Shown: one piece after another, positions 48,055 to 57,390 of the stretch | Layout of the letters: every line of letters starts with the position of its first letter | Position numbering within the stretch: position 1 is the stretch's first letter | From: a virus | Length of the DNA: 64,000 nt | Virus record (IMG/VR): IMGVR_UViG_3300020469_000020 | Coordinates: 32,001 to 96,000 of that record | Strand: one strand, 5' to 3' | The notes under the pieces: generated by a model | What the model was told of the DNA's origin: nothing | The model's input: only the letters and a program-made list of their open reading frames with translations | The model's database searches: none | Translations under genes and position numbers: made by a program

Positions 48055-48701
48055 TACAACTTTTCCTCTGCTAAAGATTTATATTGCCATTCATCTGTAT
48101 GACCAACTTTCCATTTGGCTTCTGTTTCAACACTATAATTTTGACTACAAACTTTAAAGTCTGGTTGTTTTAGTTTTTCAGATGTCAAACTGCTGTCATG
48201 CCAAATGATTCTATTATTAGGTTGTGCGGCAAATTGACCATTATCTAATTGTAGAATGTTAAATGATTTGTGTTCTGGGTCATGTTCACTGAAATTTATA
48301 TCAATTGTAGAGTGTTCACTATGACAATTATCTACAGTAAACATGTAAACACCTTTATACATTTTTCTATCTTTTGCAAAATATTCACATCTTGATAAAA
48401 TAGGTTTTCTAATAATAGTTATACTATAATCAAAACAATCCCAAAGTTGTAGTGCATCTAATGGTAACTGATCTTCAAGGTCAATATCTGTTTTCCAAAC
48501 AAATGCACTAATTGGTAGTTTATCAAACAATGCTCCATATTCTGTCAATAGAGTTTCAAAATACAAGGCTTTACCCTGCACACTTTTTAAACTTATCCAA
48601 ACACCTGGTGTATATTCTCCATAACCTTTTTCCAAATCATATAGATATTCTTTTTTAACATAAAGATTAGTTAAGGGTAAATTATGAACTAAGAACGCCA
48701 T
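48054..48701 (-). CDS. Conserved hypothetical protein
   Basis: [36 protein letters not shown]. Confidence 0.75.
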   Translation of the reverse strand: MAFLVHNLPLTNLYVKKEYLYDLEKGYGEYTPGVWISLKSVQGKALYFETLLTEYGALFDKLPISAFVWKTDIDLEDQLPLDALQLWDCFDYSITIIRKPILSRCEYFAKDRKMYKGVYMFTVDNCHSEHSTIDINFSEHDPEHKSFNILQLDNGQFAAQPNNRIIWHDSSLTSEKLKQPDFKVCSQNYSVETEAKWKVGHTDEWQYKSLAEEKL

Positions 48702-49674
48702 CTTTTACTCCAAACTGTTTTTCAAATTCACGCAATCTTTTATACACACTCATAAGTTCTACAATTTGTAGCCATGAACGTATAATATACTGTAAACTTT
48801 CAGCTACTTTACTAAAGGCTCTTACTGTTTGACTTACTATACCTAATGTAATTCCACCTGCAACGATTGTCGGTCCCAATGCAGAGTACGGAACAATTAC
48901 CATACCTTGAAGGTAACTCCATTTGGCAATGTTGAAATAAAAGTAATGTAGATAAGAACGGAAGTGAATGGCTCTAACATTAGCAAATAAGTTAGTAACG
49001 CTGTCTTGGTCTGCACGGTATTCATTGTCTTCTCCATGTACAAGTTCTTTGCGATATGCAGCTTCTTCCTTTTGTATATCATATTCTATACCAGGTAGTT
49101 TGCAACCTACCAAACTTAATACAACAGTTCCTCCTAGTGCTGTTAATAAAACAACCCAAACAAGTCCATGATCAACTTGTCCAACGATAGGAAATTCTGT
49201 TACACTCTTACTTAATCCCCAAAGAATAGGAATAAAAGCTATTAACATTAAAACGGATTCTAGTAATCCAACACCGAGGTTTTCTGTGAGGCGGGCGAAT
49301 TTTAAAGTGTCTTCTTGTACACGTTGACTTGCACCTTCAATATTTCTTACACGATTCCAATTCTCATGATAATATTCTGCCATACTTTGCCGCCAACGAA
49401 ATGTCCAGTGATTTACTAAAAATCCGTTGAAAATAACATTGACAACAATGTATATACCTGCGATACTAAAAAAGTCATACATGTATCCATAATATTCTTC
49501 AAGTGTCACACTTCCAGGTTGTGACAAAGCACGTTGTAACGCATCATAAAATCTTCCAAACCACTCATTTATTTGTACATCTAACTGAACAGTATACCAT
49601 ATTGCAAGAACAATTGTTAATGTTCCAAGAGTACTCCACAATCTCCAGCGACTATCATAGAAAAAACGAAACAT
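48682..49674 (-). CDS. sbmA: SbmA/BacA-like peptide transporter
   Basis: VQINEWFG.FYD, HWTFRWR, IEGASQRVQEDT, EAAYRKELV.GED, VELMSVYKRL. Confidence 0.92.
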   Translation of the reverse strand: MFRFFYDSRWRLWSTLGTLTIVLAIWYTVQLDVQINEWFGRFYDALQRALSQPGSVTLEEYYGYMYDFFSIAGIYIVVNVIFNGFLVNHWTFRWRQSMAEYYHENWNRVRNIEGASQRVQEDTLKFARLTENLGVGLLESVLMLIAFIPILWGLSKSVTEFPIVGQVDHGLVWVVLLTALGGTVVLSLVGCKLPGIEYDIQKEEAAYRKELVHGEDNEYRADQDSVTNLFANVRAIHFRSYLHYFYFNIAKWSYLQGMVIVPYSALGPTIVAGGITLGIVSQTVRAFSKVAESLQYIIRSWLQIVELMSVYKRLREFEKQFGVKDGVLSS

Positions 49675-49887
49675 AATATTTCCTTATTATAATATTTCAT
49701 AAAATTTAAAACTCAAATCTATTATCTAAATTAGCCAATGATTGTGCGTTACACTCTATAATCGGATAAACAATGTTTTCAAAATCAATAAGTGCTTTTT
49801 CATAAATTTGAGGATTCATGATTCCTACAGAGAGAATTACACCCGAAAAGAAACAAAATAATTTTGCTAACATAAAAATCTCCTATT

Positions 49888-50520
49888 TCAATTTTTAAAA
49901 TAAAAACCTTTTCTTAGATAAGAAGGCGAACTAGTATATGTATAATCTATATATTCAATATTCTCCATACCTTCAAAAATAGGAATCATTTCAGACGTTT
50001 GATAATAGTCCATTTCTACCCAATTTGAATTTAACCTCAAATGAATTTCAATAATTTTGCCGTCAATCATCTCTATATTAGAGTATTTGTATTTACCTTT
50101 CAAGTTTTTAAGAATGTTTGGAAATTTTACTTTATCAGTTGTTCTAACCCATTTATCCCATTTCCAAATGGGATTGTTTGTATTGCGAAATCCTTCTACA
50201 CATAGGATTTGTTCACCGTCTTCATAATCAATACTTAAATGTCTTCCTTTAAAAATTTCACACCAAAAATATCCTTCTGGTATTTCATCATTCATAGATG
50301 GAGAAAGTTCTTTAAAAAAAGCACCTCTTCCCATTGACATTAAATTAACACAGGGTCTAATTATATAATTATTTTTTTGAGGAACTGAAACTCCATGAGG
50401 ACCACACACATAACCTAATCTTCTAGCAAGAATCAATTTATCAAATATCCATAAATCATCTAAGTGACATTTATTCCATGTCTCATCATCATCTATATAA
50501 TGTTCACTAATATTATACAT
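49888..50520 (-). CDS. Conserved phage protein, possibly ATP-grasp-like
   Basis: DKLILARRLGY.CGP.G..VP...YIIRP..N..MG.GA; NIEMI..KIIEIHLR. Confidence 0.65.
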   Translation of the reverse strand: MYNISEHYIDDDETWNKCHLDDLWIFDKLILARRLGYVCGPHGVSVPQKNNYIIRPCVNLMSMGRGAFFKELSPSMNDEIPEGYFWCEIFKGRHLSIDYEDGEQILCVEGFRNTNNPIWKWDKWVRTTDKVKFPNILKNLKGKYKYSNIEMIDGKIIEIHLRLNSNWVEMDYYQTSEMIPIFEGMENIEYIDYTYTSSPSYLRKGFYFKN

Positions 50521-50526
50521 ATATAC

Positions 50527-51015
50527 TTATACTAAAAGTTTATTCTCAGTTGGAAAATCATAATTCATTTCAATACTATAAGTAGAAAACTTTTTTATTC
50601 TTGCTTCATGCCTACCACCTTCAAATTCAGTATTTAAGAAAGCATCTACAATATCTGTTATAATATTAGGGTCAGTATTTCTTGCACCTAAACATAAAAC
50701 ATTTGCATTGTTATGTTTTCTTGTCATAATAGCAGATTCAACATCTTTACATAATGCTGCACGTATAGCCCAAATTTTATTTGCCGCCATACTCATTCCA
50801 ATACCAGTACCACAAACTAAAATACCGTACTGACATTTACCTTCCATAATTTCAGAGCAAACTTTTTTTGAATAATCAGGATAGTCTACAGATTCTGAAC
50901 TATTGCATCCTAAATTAAGAACCATATCACCTAGCTTTAATGTATCAGCAAGGAAAGATGCTATCATATCTTTGACTATATACCCTGCATGATCGCTTGC
51001 AATTGCTATTTCCAT
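50527..51015 (-). CDS. rpiB: Ribose-5-phosphate isomerase B
   Basis: ASDHAG, SVDYPD, CGTGIGMS..ANK, HNNANVLCLGAR, FEGGRH. Confidence 0.97.
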   Translation of the reverse strand: MEIAIASDHAGYIVKDMIASFLADTLKLGDMVLNLGCNSSESVDYPDYSKKVCSEIMEGKCQYGILVCGTGIGMSMAANKIWAIRAALCKDVESAIMTRKHNNANVLCLGARNTDPNIITDIVDAFLNTEFEGGRHEARIKKFSTYSIEMNYDFPTENKLLV

Positions 51016-51191
51016 ATATTTTTATCTATAAAAATTTTAATAAATGTTTTGATTCATCCATAACTATAAAAAGTACAACATTAATATCAATCATTAATTT
51101 GTCAATTATTTCTGGATAAGAATATGCGATAATGAGTATAGAATTTATTAAGTAAAATATGTAATCAGATGACATTAAACATTTTAGAAAA

Positions 51192-51211
51192 AGAGCGGAT
51201 TAATCCGCTCT
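51192..51211 (-). terminator. Intrinsic terminator after gp32
   Basis: agagcggat-ta-atccgctct with U tract on - strand. Confidence 0.75.
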
Positions 51212-51220
51212 AGTTTTAGT

Positions 51221-52144
51221 TTATTCGCTTGCTAGTTTTTCAAAAAAGGCAAGTTCATCATCTTCGGCTGCAGGCGTTGTTACTCTATCAGATTTAGCTA
51301 CAAAGTCGGGAACAGACTTTCTAACTGGTTGTTCAACAGGTTCAGAAGAAGTTTCTGTTACTGTATGATCTACTTCAGTTTGAGAGTTATTAGGTTTACT
51401 ACCAAACATTACAGACTGAAATCTTTTATTCAAATCATCATAAGACTTGTAATAATCACTTGCTGTAAATTCGCTTAACGAATATTGAGAACGCCAAATT
51501 TTTTCCATTTCACCATCAGTTTCTGCCAACTGAGTTGGAGTATCAAATGAAGATTTATCATAAGTGATATAACCTTTTTCTCTTCTCATTCTCAATCGAA
51601 AATTACAACCTTCCAAAAAGTCAAACACATAAATTGGCTCTTCTGGTTTCATATCTGCAAATTCAGGTGCAGGAGGATTAATTTTCTCCTGAATAAATTC
51701 AAAGATTTTAGGACCGTATTGAAATAAAAATACTTTTCCTTCATTATCAGGATTTGTTGGATCTGAAATAACTAAAACATTAGAAACATATTTCAATTTC
51801 TTTTTACGCAATCTTGCTAGAGTTTCGTTTTCAGTTCCACCTTCTGCCCACAATTGATTATTTGCTTCACAAATAGGACACTCTTTACCAATACTTTTTG
51901 GACAATTATCAATTAACCAGCCATGAGGACCTTTAAATTCATGACGATGGTATTTTACATACTCTTCTTGTTCATCTGGACTTGGTGGCAAAAAACGAAT
52001 GATAGCAGAACCTACACCATCTTTTGCTTCTAGTCTCCAAAATCTATTATCATCATAAGATGTATTTTTAGATTCTTTTTCCAACTTTTGTTGCATTGAA
52101 GCAAGTCTAGTTGTTCTAGATTTTAAAGCTGACTTGAAATCCAT
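51221..52144 (-). CDS. gp32: Single-stranded DNA-binding protein gp32
   Basis: D.RFW...G.A.IRFLP, NCP....CPIC, DP.NPDNEGKVFLF.YG.KIF, acidic tail. Confidence 0.95.
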   Translation of the reverse strand: MDFKSALKSRTTRLASMQQKLEKESKNTSYDDNRFWRLEAKDGVGSAIIRFLPPSPDEQEEYVKYHRHEFKGPHGWLIDNCPKSIGKECPICEANNQLWAEGGTENETLARLRKKKLKYVSNVLVISDPTNPDNEGKVFLFQYGPKIFEFIQEKINPPAPEFADMKPEEPIYVFDFLEGCNFRLRMRREKGYITYDKSSFDTPTQLAETDGEMEKIWRSQYSLSEFTASDYYKSYDDLNKRFQSVMFGSKPNNSQTEVDHTVTETSSEPVEQPVRKSVPDFVAKSDRVTTPAAEDDELAFFEKLASE

Positions 52145-52230
52145 AAATTATACTCTCCTTGAAAATGTTAATAAAAGCATTTTGATACAAAATTCACTCT
52201 CAAAGATCTTAACACACTTAAATAATTTTG

Positions 52231-52875
52231 TCAAGTGCAAAAAATCTCTTTAACGATTTTTTTCAAACTTGTTGTCTCTTGCTCCTTTAAAAAGGTTTTC
52301 ATTTTCTTCAGTCTTTGATTTATGATTGGAAAAAGAACATTTTCAGAAACTCTTGTTTCCATTATTTTTGAAAAATTTAAGACTTGATCCAAATATAAAA
52401 CTGTTTGTGGTGATACTTGACTTTTTATTATAAACTTATAAATCATAGGAACTATATTTTCTTCAATTAAAAACATCGTGTTCATATTAGATTTTTTTTT
52501 CTCTAGATATAATTTTATTTCATTTAACTCTTTTTCAAAAAAGTATTTTGGAGAATTTTGATAACTTGTCCAATATTTCCATGAAGAGACATAATCTTCT
52601 GACATAAAGTATTCTATTTTTATTTTCGGATTATGGAATAAACCTGGAATAAAAAAATCTGGAAAGTCTTTTTTATCTTTTCCTTTTGCAATAATACTAT
52701 ATGGTACAATATCATTAAAGTTGTGCTTTTTTATTTTTCCGTTATATTTCAAATAATTATAATTTTTAGAACTAAAATGTAATTTAATAGCTTGATATTT
52801 TTCTTTTACTTCCTCTGGTGTTACCAAAGATGTCTGGAAATTTCCTCGTTTTTGGTAAGAAGTTAAGTTGTTCAA
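52231..52875 (-). CDS. gp59: Helicase loader gp59
   Basis: Y.AIKLHF....Y.Y.KYNGK; synteny gp33-59-32; start uncertain. Confidence 0.85.
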   Translation of the reverse strand: MNNLTSYQKRGNFQTSLVTPEEVKEKYQAIKLHFSSKNYNYLKYNGKIKKHNFNDIVPYSIIAKGKDKKDFPDFFIPGLFHNPKIKIEYFMSEDYVSSWKYWTSYQNSPKYFFEKELNEIKLYLEKKKSNMNTMFLIEENIVPMIYKFIIKSQVSPQTVLYLDQVLNFSKIMETRVSENVLFPIINQRLKKMKTFLKEQETTSLKKIVKEIFCT

Positions 52876-53044
52876 ATTCCTCTCTTATATCTGATTTAAG
52901 TTTTCCTGAAATAAAAGGAGCAACACTTTCATATTCAATACGTCTTTCATCACAAAATTGAATTATAGTTTCAATTAAACTTTGATTTGTTTTTTGTCTT
53001 AAAACATAAATTTTTTTTTGAAAACTTTCAACAGTTTCAAACAT
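52784..53044 (-). CDS. gp33: Late transcription coactivator gp33
   Basis: II.FCDE..IEYE.VA..IS..LK..I.EE...LNFLPK. Confidence 0.85.
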   Translation of the reverse strand: MFETVESFQKKIYVLRQKTNQSLIETIIQFCDERRIEYESVAPFISGKLKSDIREEFEQLNFLPKTRKFPDIFGNTRGSKRKISSY

Positions 53045-53464
53045 TTAATTTTCCTTTTGAGTTACGTTATCTTGTACAGAATTTTCATAATACTCTATAA
53101 TATTTTTTTGTTGTATGATATAACGTCTAATTTCGGCTACATTCAATGATAGTCTTTCATAATCTTTAACTTCTATAGCATAAAATACCCACTCCTTTCC
53201 TTGTTCTTTGTTTATTTTTTCATTAAAAGCATCTATTGTATCCGGTGTTATTACATACCATGTAATATTTTTATTAAGTTTTAATCCCTTTGGCCTAGCT
53301 TGAATGGGAATATTCTTTTCAATAACTTTTGTTTTTATAATAACTTCTGGTTCTTTTTGAACAGAAGGTTGTTTGTTACTACAACTGTTTAATAAAAAAC
53401 TAATTGGTAGTATCAGTAGAAGTAATTTCTTCCAACTCTGCAAAAATTTTAGAGGTAGCTTCAT
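53045..53464 (-). CDS. Outer-membrane spanin (lipoprotein)
   Basis: Lipobox LNSC; YE.LSLN.AEI.RYI.QQK.II.YYE; overlaps i-spanin. Confidence 0.75.
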   Translation of the reverse strand: MKLPLKFLQSWKKLLLLILPISFLLNSCSNKQPSVQKEPEVIIKTKVIEKNIPIQARPKGLKLNKNITWYVITPDTIDAFNEKINKEQGKEWVFYAIEVKDYERLSLNVAEIRRYIIQQKNIIEYYENSVQDNVTQKEN

Positions 53465-53801
53465 TTATACGTTTTTCAATAAGACCAGGTTTCTTTGAAG
53501 AAAGTTTTGTGAGATTATGATCATTCAATTTTTTCTGAAGGTCAATATTATAATTCTCTGCTTTCTGCAAAGACTTTTGAAGTTGTAATGTTTCTTTTTG
53601 TATTTTGGAATTTTGCTCACTTAAAACATTTACAGTAGTTTCTACATCTTTTAGACTGGATTTATACTTAGATGCTTCAGAAGTTTTAATTTCTAACTGA
53701 TTTTTTAAATTTATGTAATGATTATATCCATAATATATACTTCCAGATACACTTAATAATAGTATTACTATTGTGTATAATTTGGTTAACATATACTTCA
53801 A
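53400..53801 (-). CDS. Inner-membrane spanin
   Basis: N-terminal TM, coiled coil, KPGLIEKRIN.AT. Confidence 0.75.
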   Translation of the reverse strand: MKYMLTKLYTIVILLLSVSGSIYYGYNHYINLKNQLEIKTSEASKYKSSLKDVETTVNVLSEQNSKIQKETLQLQKSLQKAENYNIDLQKKLNDHNLTKLSSKKPGLIEKRINEATSKIFAELEEITSTDTTN

Positions 53802-53849
53802 TCTTTAATTTGAAATGATTTATCTTAATATTATATTTATCGTGTGCGG

Positions 53850-54050
53850 AATGTGGAAAAGAAAAAGAAAAGAAACTTAAACAAAAAACAAACTTCAAAA
53901 TACAAAAAACAGACAAGCACGGTGTTCAATATTCTCGGAGCAATGAACAAATTTTACTTTACCGAGGAGCAGTGAACAGTCAGGTTTAGAGTAGTTTTAA
54001 GGCCGCATTAGATGCGTGGAGTTTCTTAGTACATTCTCTTTTCCACTACG
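53850..54050 (-). ncRNA. Putative structured ncRNA or 3' RNA element
   Basis: 10-bp terminal inverted repeat (53853-62 / 54037-46), internal 13-nt direct repeats, hairpins, 7-nt periodic U-rich tract. Confidence 0.55.
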
Positions 54051-54056
54051 AACAAA

Positions 54057-54635
54057 TTAGATCAAGTCTTCCTCCTGGAGGACCTTTTCCTCTTTGTCCG
54101 ATAAACGAATAGTTGTTGAAACATTTAGTTCCAATAACTTATCGGTTATTTTTTGACGATGTTTTTTACATGTACGAATTTCTTTACGATATTCTTCTAC
54201 CTCTTCTTTTGAAATAAGAACAGTAGATACCGACATTCCTCTCAAATAGCGAGGAGAATCTTCTCCCTGTTTTTCAAGTTTTTCCATTCGATTAATAATT
54301 TCTTCCGCAGTATATCTACGAACAGATTTACTATCATCTACCAGTTCGGATAACCAGTTAACGATATTTGTGACTTCACGTTCTTCAGTTAATAATTTGG
54401 AAATACCAATTTCCATATTTTTATGTGCAACTTTTTCTCTCATAGAAAAAAGAACACTATTTAACACACGAAGACGTATTAAATTATTTTTCCATAATTC
54501 GGTGTTCTCCTTCATTTCTTCTACTACACGGTCTTTATCATCAAAAGATGATTGTACGTTAAGGTTAATGTCACGGATTATACCGTTGATTTCACTTTGA
54601 AGTGCGGCCGCTTTTCTTAAATTAACTTCTGTCAT
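54057..54635 (-). CDS. Coiled-coil hypothetical protein
   Basis: NLRKAAALQ.EI...K...Q.I.DKLLELNV.T.I.L....VL..E.LI; AGGAG RBS. Confidence 0.75.
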   Translation of the reverse strand: MTEVNLRKAAALQSEINGIIRDINLNVQSSFDDKDRVVEEMKENTELWKNNLIRLRVLNSVLFSMREKVAHKNMEIGISKLLTEEREVTNIVNWLSELVDDSKSVRRYTAEEIINRMEKLEKQGEDSPRYLRGMSVSTVLISKEEVEEYRKEIRTCKKHRQKITDKLLELNVSTTIRLSDKEEKVLQEEDLI

Positions 54636-54657
54636 AATATACTCCTTAATTGCAAAT

Positions 54658-54744
54658 TGGTGCGGCAGGTCGGACTTGAACCGACAAGACTATTAAGTCG
54701 ACGGATTTTAAGTCCGTTGTGTTTACCATTTTCACCACAGCCGC
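54658..54744 (-). tRNA. tRNA-Leu(UAA)
   Basis: GCGGCTG acceptor, anticodon arm ACGGA-CTTAAAA-TCCGT, long variable arm, GGTTCAAGTCC, encoded CCA. Confidence 0.96.
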
Positions 54745-54767
54745 TTTTTTATAATTTTACTATGAGA

Positions 54768-54800
54768 TCAGTATAACACAACTGTTTTAAAATGTCAAGG
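54768..54800 (-). promoter_or_regulatory. Sigma70 promoter TTGACA...TATACT upstream of tRNA
   Basis: agtataac...tgtcaag on + strand. Confidence 0.75.
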
Positions 54801-55052
54801 TTTTTTTATTAATTCTTTCAAACCAAAAATATCATATCCATAATATAAAGTTACATATAACAACATAAAAACGATTGTGTTTACTAAACCGCCCCAAAAT
54901 AATAATATAATTAGAACTTTGCGTATAATAGGTTTAACATAAATTGTGCATGGTAATTTATATATGCAGGAATCAATAAAATTATATATGCGGTTCTTGA
55001 TTGCCATGATCTTCTCCAATTGGAATATTTTGACGATGACACCAGTAATCAT
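54795..55052 (-). CDS. Small membrane protein
   Basis: Hydrophobic C-terminal half; likely start MAIKNR. Confidence 0.45.
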   Translation of the reverse strand: MITGVIVKIFQLEKIMAIKNRIYNFIDSCIYKLPCTIYVKPIIRKVLIILLFWGGLVNTIVFMLLYVTLYYGYDIFGLKELIKKP

Positions 55053-55171
55053 GTAAATGTCTTCTTCTCATCGGCCATAATACAAAGAAAGTTAATACTA
55101 GACAAATACCTAAACCTACTACTAAAAATAATAAGCCTCCAAATACTATATCAAACATATCTAACCTTATT

Positions 55172-55720
55172 TTACATCATAAAATTATTTAATTGCAAAA
55201 CTTTATCTATATGAATTGGTTTGTAATCTGTCCATTCAACACATACACAACGATGATGTTTAGTTGGACTAAAATTTTGATGAATATGTCCATGTACATT
55301 TATATGCGATCTATAAATTCCATCTTTTGAATAACTTCTTAAACCACTTATATCAATAGGAACATGAGTAAGTAATAAGTTATGCTCACGTAGTAAACGT
55401 AACATCATGACTTCTTTAAATAATTCGTTTTTAACAATCCATTTAATATTATCATGATTACCAACAATAAGTTTTTTCTTGCCGTTTAATGTTTTGAATT
55501 TGTCTGCAAAAGCAGAATTATTATTCCATGTAAGATCTCCAAGATGATATACTTCATCTTTTGGTTTTATAGTCTCATTCCAATTATCAAACATGCAATT
55601 GTCCATTTCTTCGGCAGAAGAAAATTTATTTCCACGTATTAGATTACCATTAAAATCAATAAAGTTCAAGATATTTCTGTGACCAAAATGAGTGTCACTA
55701 ATTAACCATATATCATTCAT
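55172..55720 (-). CDS. Calcineurin-like metallophosphoesterase
   Basis: SDTHFGH, HLGD, GNHD, THVP, HGHIH. Confidence 0.92.
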   Translation of the reverse strand: MNDIWLISDTHFGHRNILNFIDFNGNLIRGNKFSSAEEMDNCMFDNWNETIKPKDEVYHLGDLTWNNNSAFADKFKTLNGKKKLIVGNHDNIKWIVKNELFKEVMMLRLLREHNLLLTHVPIDISGLRSYSKDGIYRSHINVHGHIHQNFSPTKHHRCVCVEWTDYKPIHIDKVLQLNNFMM

Positions 55721-56780
55721 AATAATAATCTCTAGTTGATGGACCTTTTTCAAAAATGCGAGTTAAATCAGAGTTTTTCTTTTTATGAGTTTTATCATTA
55801 GATTGTCTTTTAGGAGAAGTCAAACCAATATCATAAGTATGCTCCCATTCTTGTTTTTTATGATAATCATATACATCTGAAATTAATTTCATTTTCCCTA
55901 TATCATGCACATTCCAGGCAGAAGAGCCATATTCATATAGTCTATCTAAACAATTTTGAATAACAGGAAATAACCATTTATCACGCCAATCTTCATATGT
56001 AGTAAACATATTTTCTGATTGCTTTTCAGAATCAGAATAAATTTCTAAATTAAAATATGGAGGTGAAGTTAAAACTAGATGTACTTTTTCAAAATCATAG
56101 TTGGGTATATTTTCAGCACCATCACAATATAATTGATATCTGCTTTTGTCAATATTTAAAAAAGAAAGCATCCTATTTAAATTTTCAAAAGTTTCTTCAT
56201 TTGGCTCAAATCCAATATATTTTTGATTTTTTGCTAATGTACCGAGCAATCTTCCACCCCAACCACAACAAGGATCTAAAACAACAGGATTACTTATTGT
56301 AAGATTTTGACGGAAACAAATTGATTTTGCTAGGTGTGGCCTGTACATAGTGTTTTTCGTCAAGCCACAACAGAAATAGATACCTCTCCGAAGTTCTGAG
56401 AGATACGGAGTTGAATGACTCTTACGATTCCATTTCAGAACTTTGACAAGATTTTCTTTAGTCCAACTATTTTCAAAACTAACACCCTTATTATTTTTAA
56501 TTTTAAAATAATTTGGAAAGAAATGTTCACATAATTTCATACCAACACGTACAGTTGAAGAACTGTGCTTACCTATACCTATTGCGGTGCCATTATGTCG
56601 GTAACTAGAAACATCATATTCACATAATTTTAGCCAGTCTTTATGTAAATTTTGGTTATCATAACTATGTTTATAATCTATATGATATAATTCTTCTGCT
56701 AAATTTTCTACAATATCTTCAAACTGTTGATCTGATAACTGTCTAAGTGAATTTTTTTTATTCAAAAATTGTAAAATCAT
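55713..56780 (-). CDS. Amino-DNA methyltransferase (m4C/m6A)
   Basis: Motif I VLDPCCGWGGR, GFEPN, motif IV TSPPYF. Confidence 0.88.
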   Translation of the reverse strand: MILQFLNKKNSLRQLSDQQFEDIVENLAEELYHIDYKHSYDNQNLHKDWLKLCEYDVSSYRHNGTAIGIGKHSSSTVRVGMKLCEHFFPNYFKIKNNKGVSFENSWTKENLVKVLKWNRKSHSTPYLSELRRGIYFCCGLTKNTMYRPHLAKSICFRQNLTISNPVVLDPCCGWGGRLLGTLAKNQKYIGFEPNEETFENLNRMLSFLNIDKSRYQLYCDGAENIPNYDFEKVHLVLTSPPYFNLEIYSDSEKQSENMFTTYEDWRDKWLFPVIQNCLDRLYEYGSSAWNVHDIGKMKLISDVYDYHKKQEWEHTYDIGLTSPKRQSNDKTHKKKNSDLTRIFEKGPSTRDYYYE

Positions 56781-57315
56781 AATAAAGATTCTTTTCTAAA
56801 AATTCTTGATAATCCAAATCAAACCATAATTGGTCTGACATTTTTTTCTGAATTCTGGCTTTATTTTTTCTTAAATTACCGCTCCAACCAGATGTGGTCC
56901 TTTTCCAATCATATTCTTTAAAATTGGGTTTTTTAAAAATATGAAGACGATATTTATTTTCATTAATTTGAACAAGTGACCAAATTTCATCTTCATGATT
57001 TTCTGAAATATAATTTAGTTTTTCTGTTAGAGTTTCATATTTTGTAGTTCTGTGAGAAGAAATGGTAAGTTTGGGAGTTCTCTTACCCTCAATACTTCCG
57101 CCTTTACAAGATATTTTTAAGTTTTCACATACAATATCAACACCTTGACTATGACTTCCCGCATTCCAAGTTGAATTTAAATCACATGCCAAAAAAGATT
57201 TGTGCAGAATATTTTCCCATGCTTGAGAATCTATTTTAAATTGATATCCACTGTGATGCCAGTGTATCCATTTTTGAATTTCAGAAAGCAATTTCTCAGA
57301 AATATTAATAGACAT
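56758..57315 (-). CDS. Putative restriction-endonuclease-like protein
   Basis: Overlaps MTase; WE.I...D...ISCK PD-(D/E)xK-like; start MSINISEK after AGGAG. Confidence 0.5.
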   Translation of the reverse strand: MSINISEKLLSEIQKWIHWHHSGYQFKIDSQAWENILHKSFLACDLNSTWNAGSHSQGVDIVCENLKISCKGGSIEGKRTPKLTISSHRTTKYETLTEKLNYISENHEDEIWSLVQINENKYRLHIFKKPNFKEYDWKRTTSGWSGNLRKNKARIQKKMSDQLWFDLDYQEFLEKNLYYDFTIFE

Positions 57316-57390
57316 AGAGGAATCTCCTTTGCTATTTGTATTTCGAATTAGTATAGCAAAGGAGATTGAAAATGTCAAGTAAAAAATCTA

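Noticed and set aside
53722-53916. 64-aa ORF in the track
   Set aside because: Low-complexity F/S translation of the U-rich repeat tract, overlapping the spanin; better explained as non-coding.
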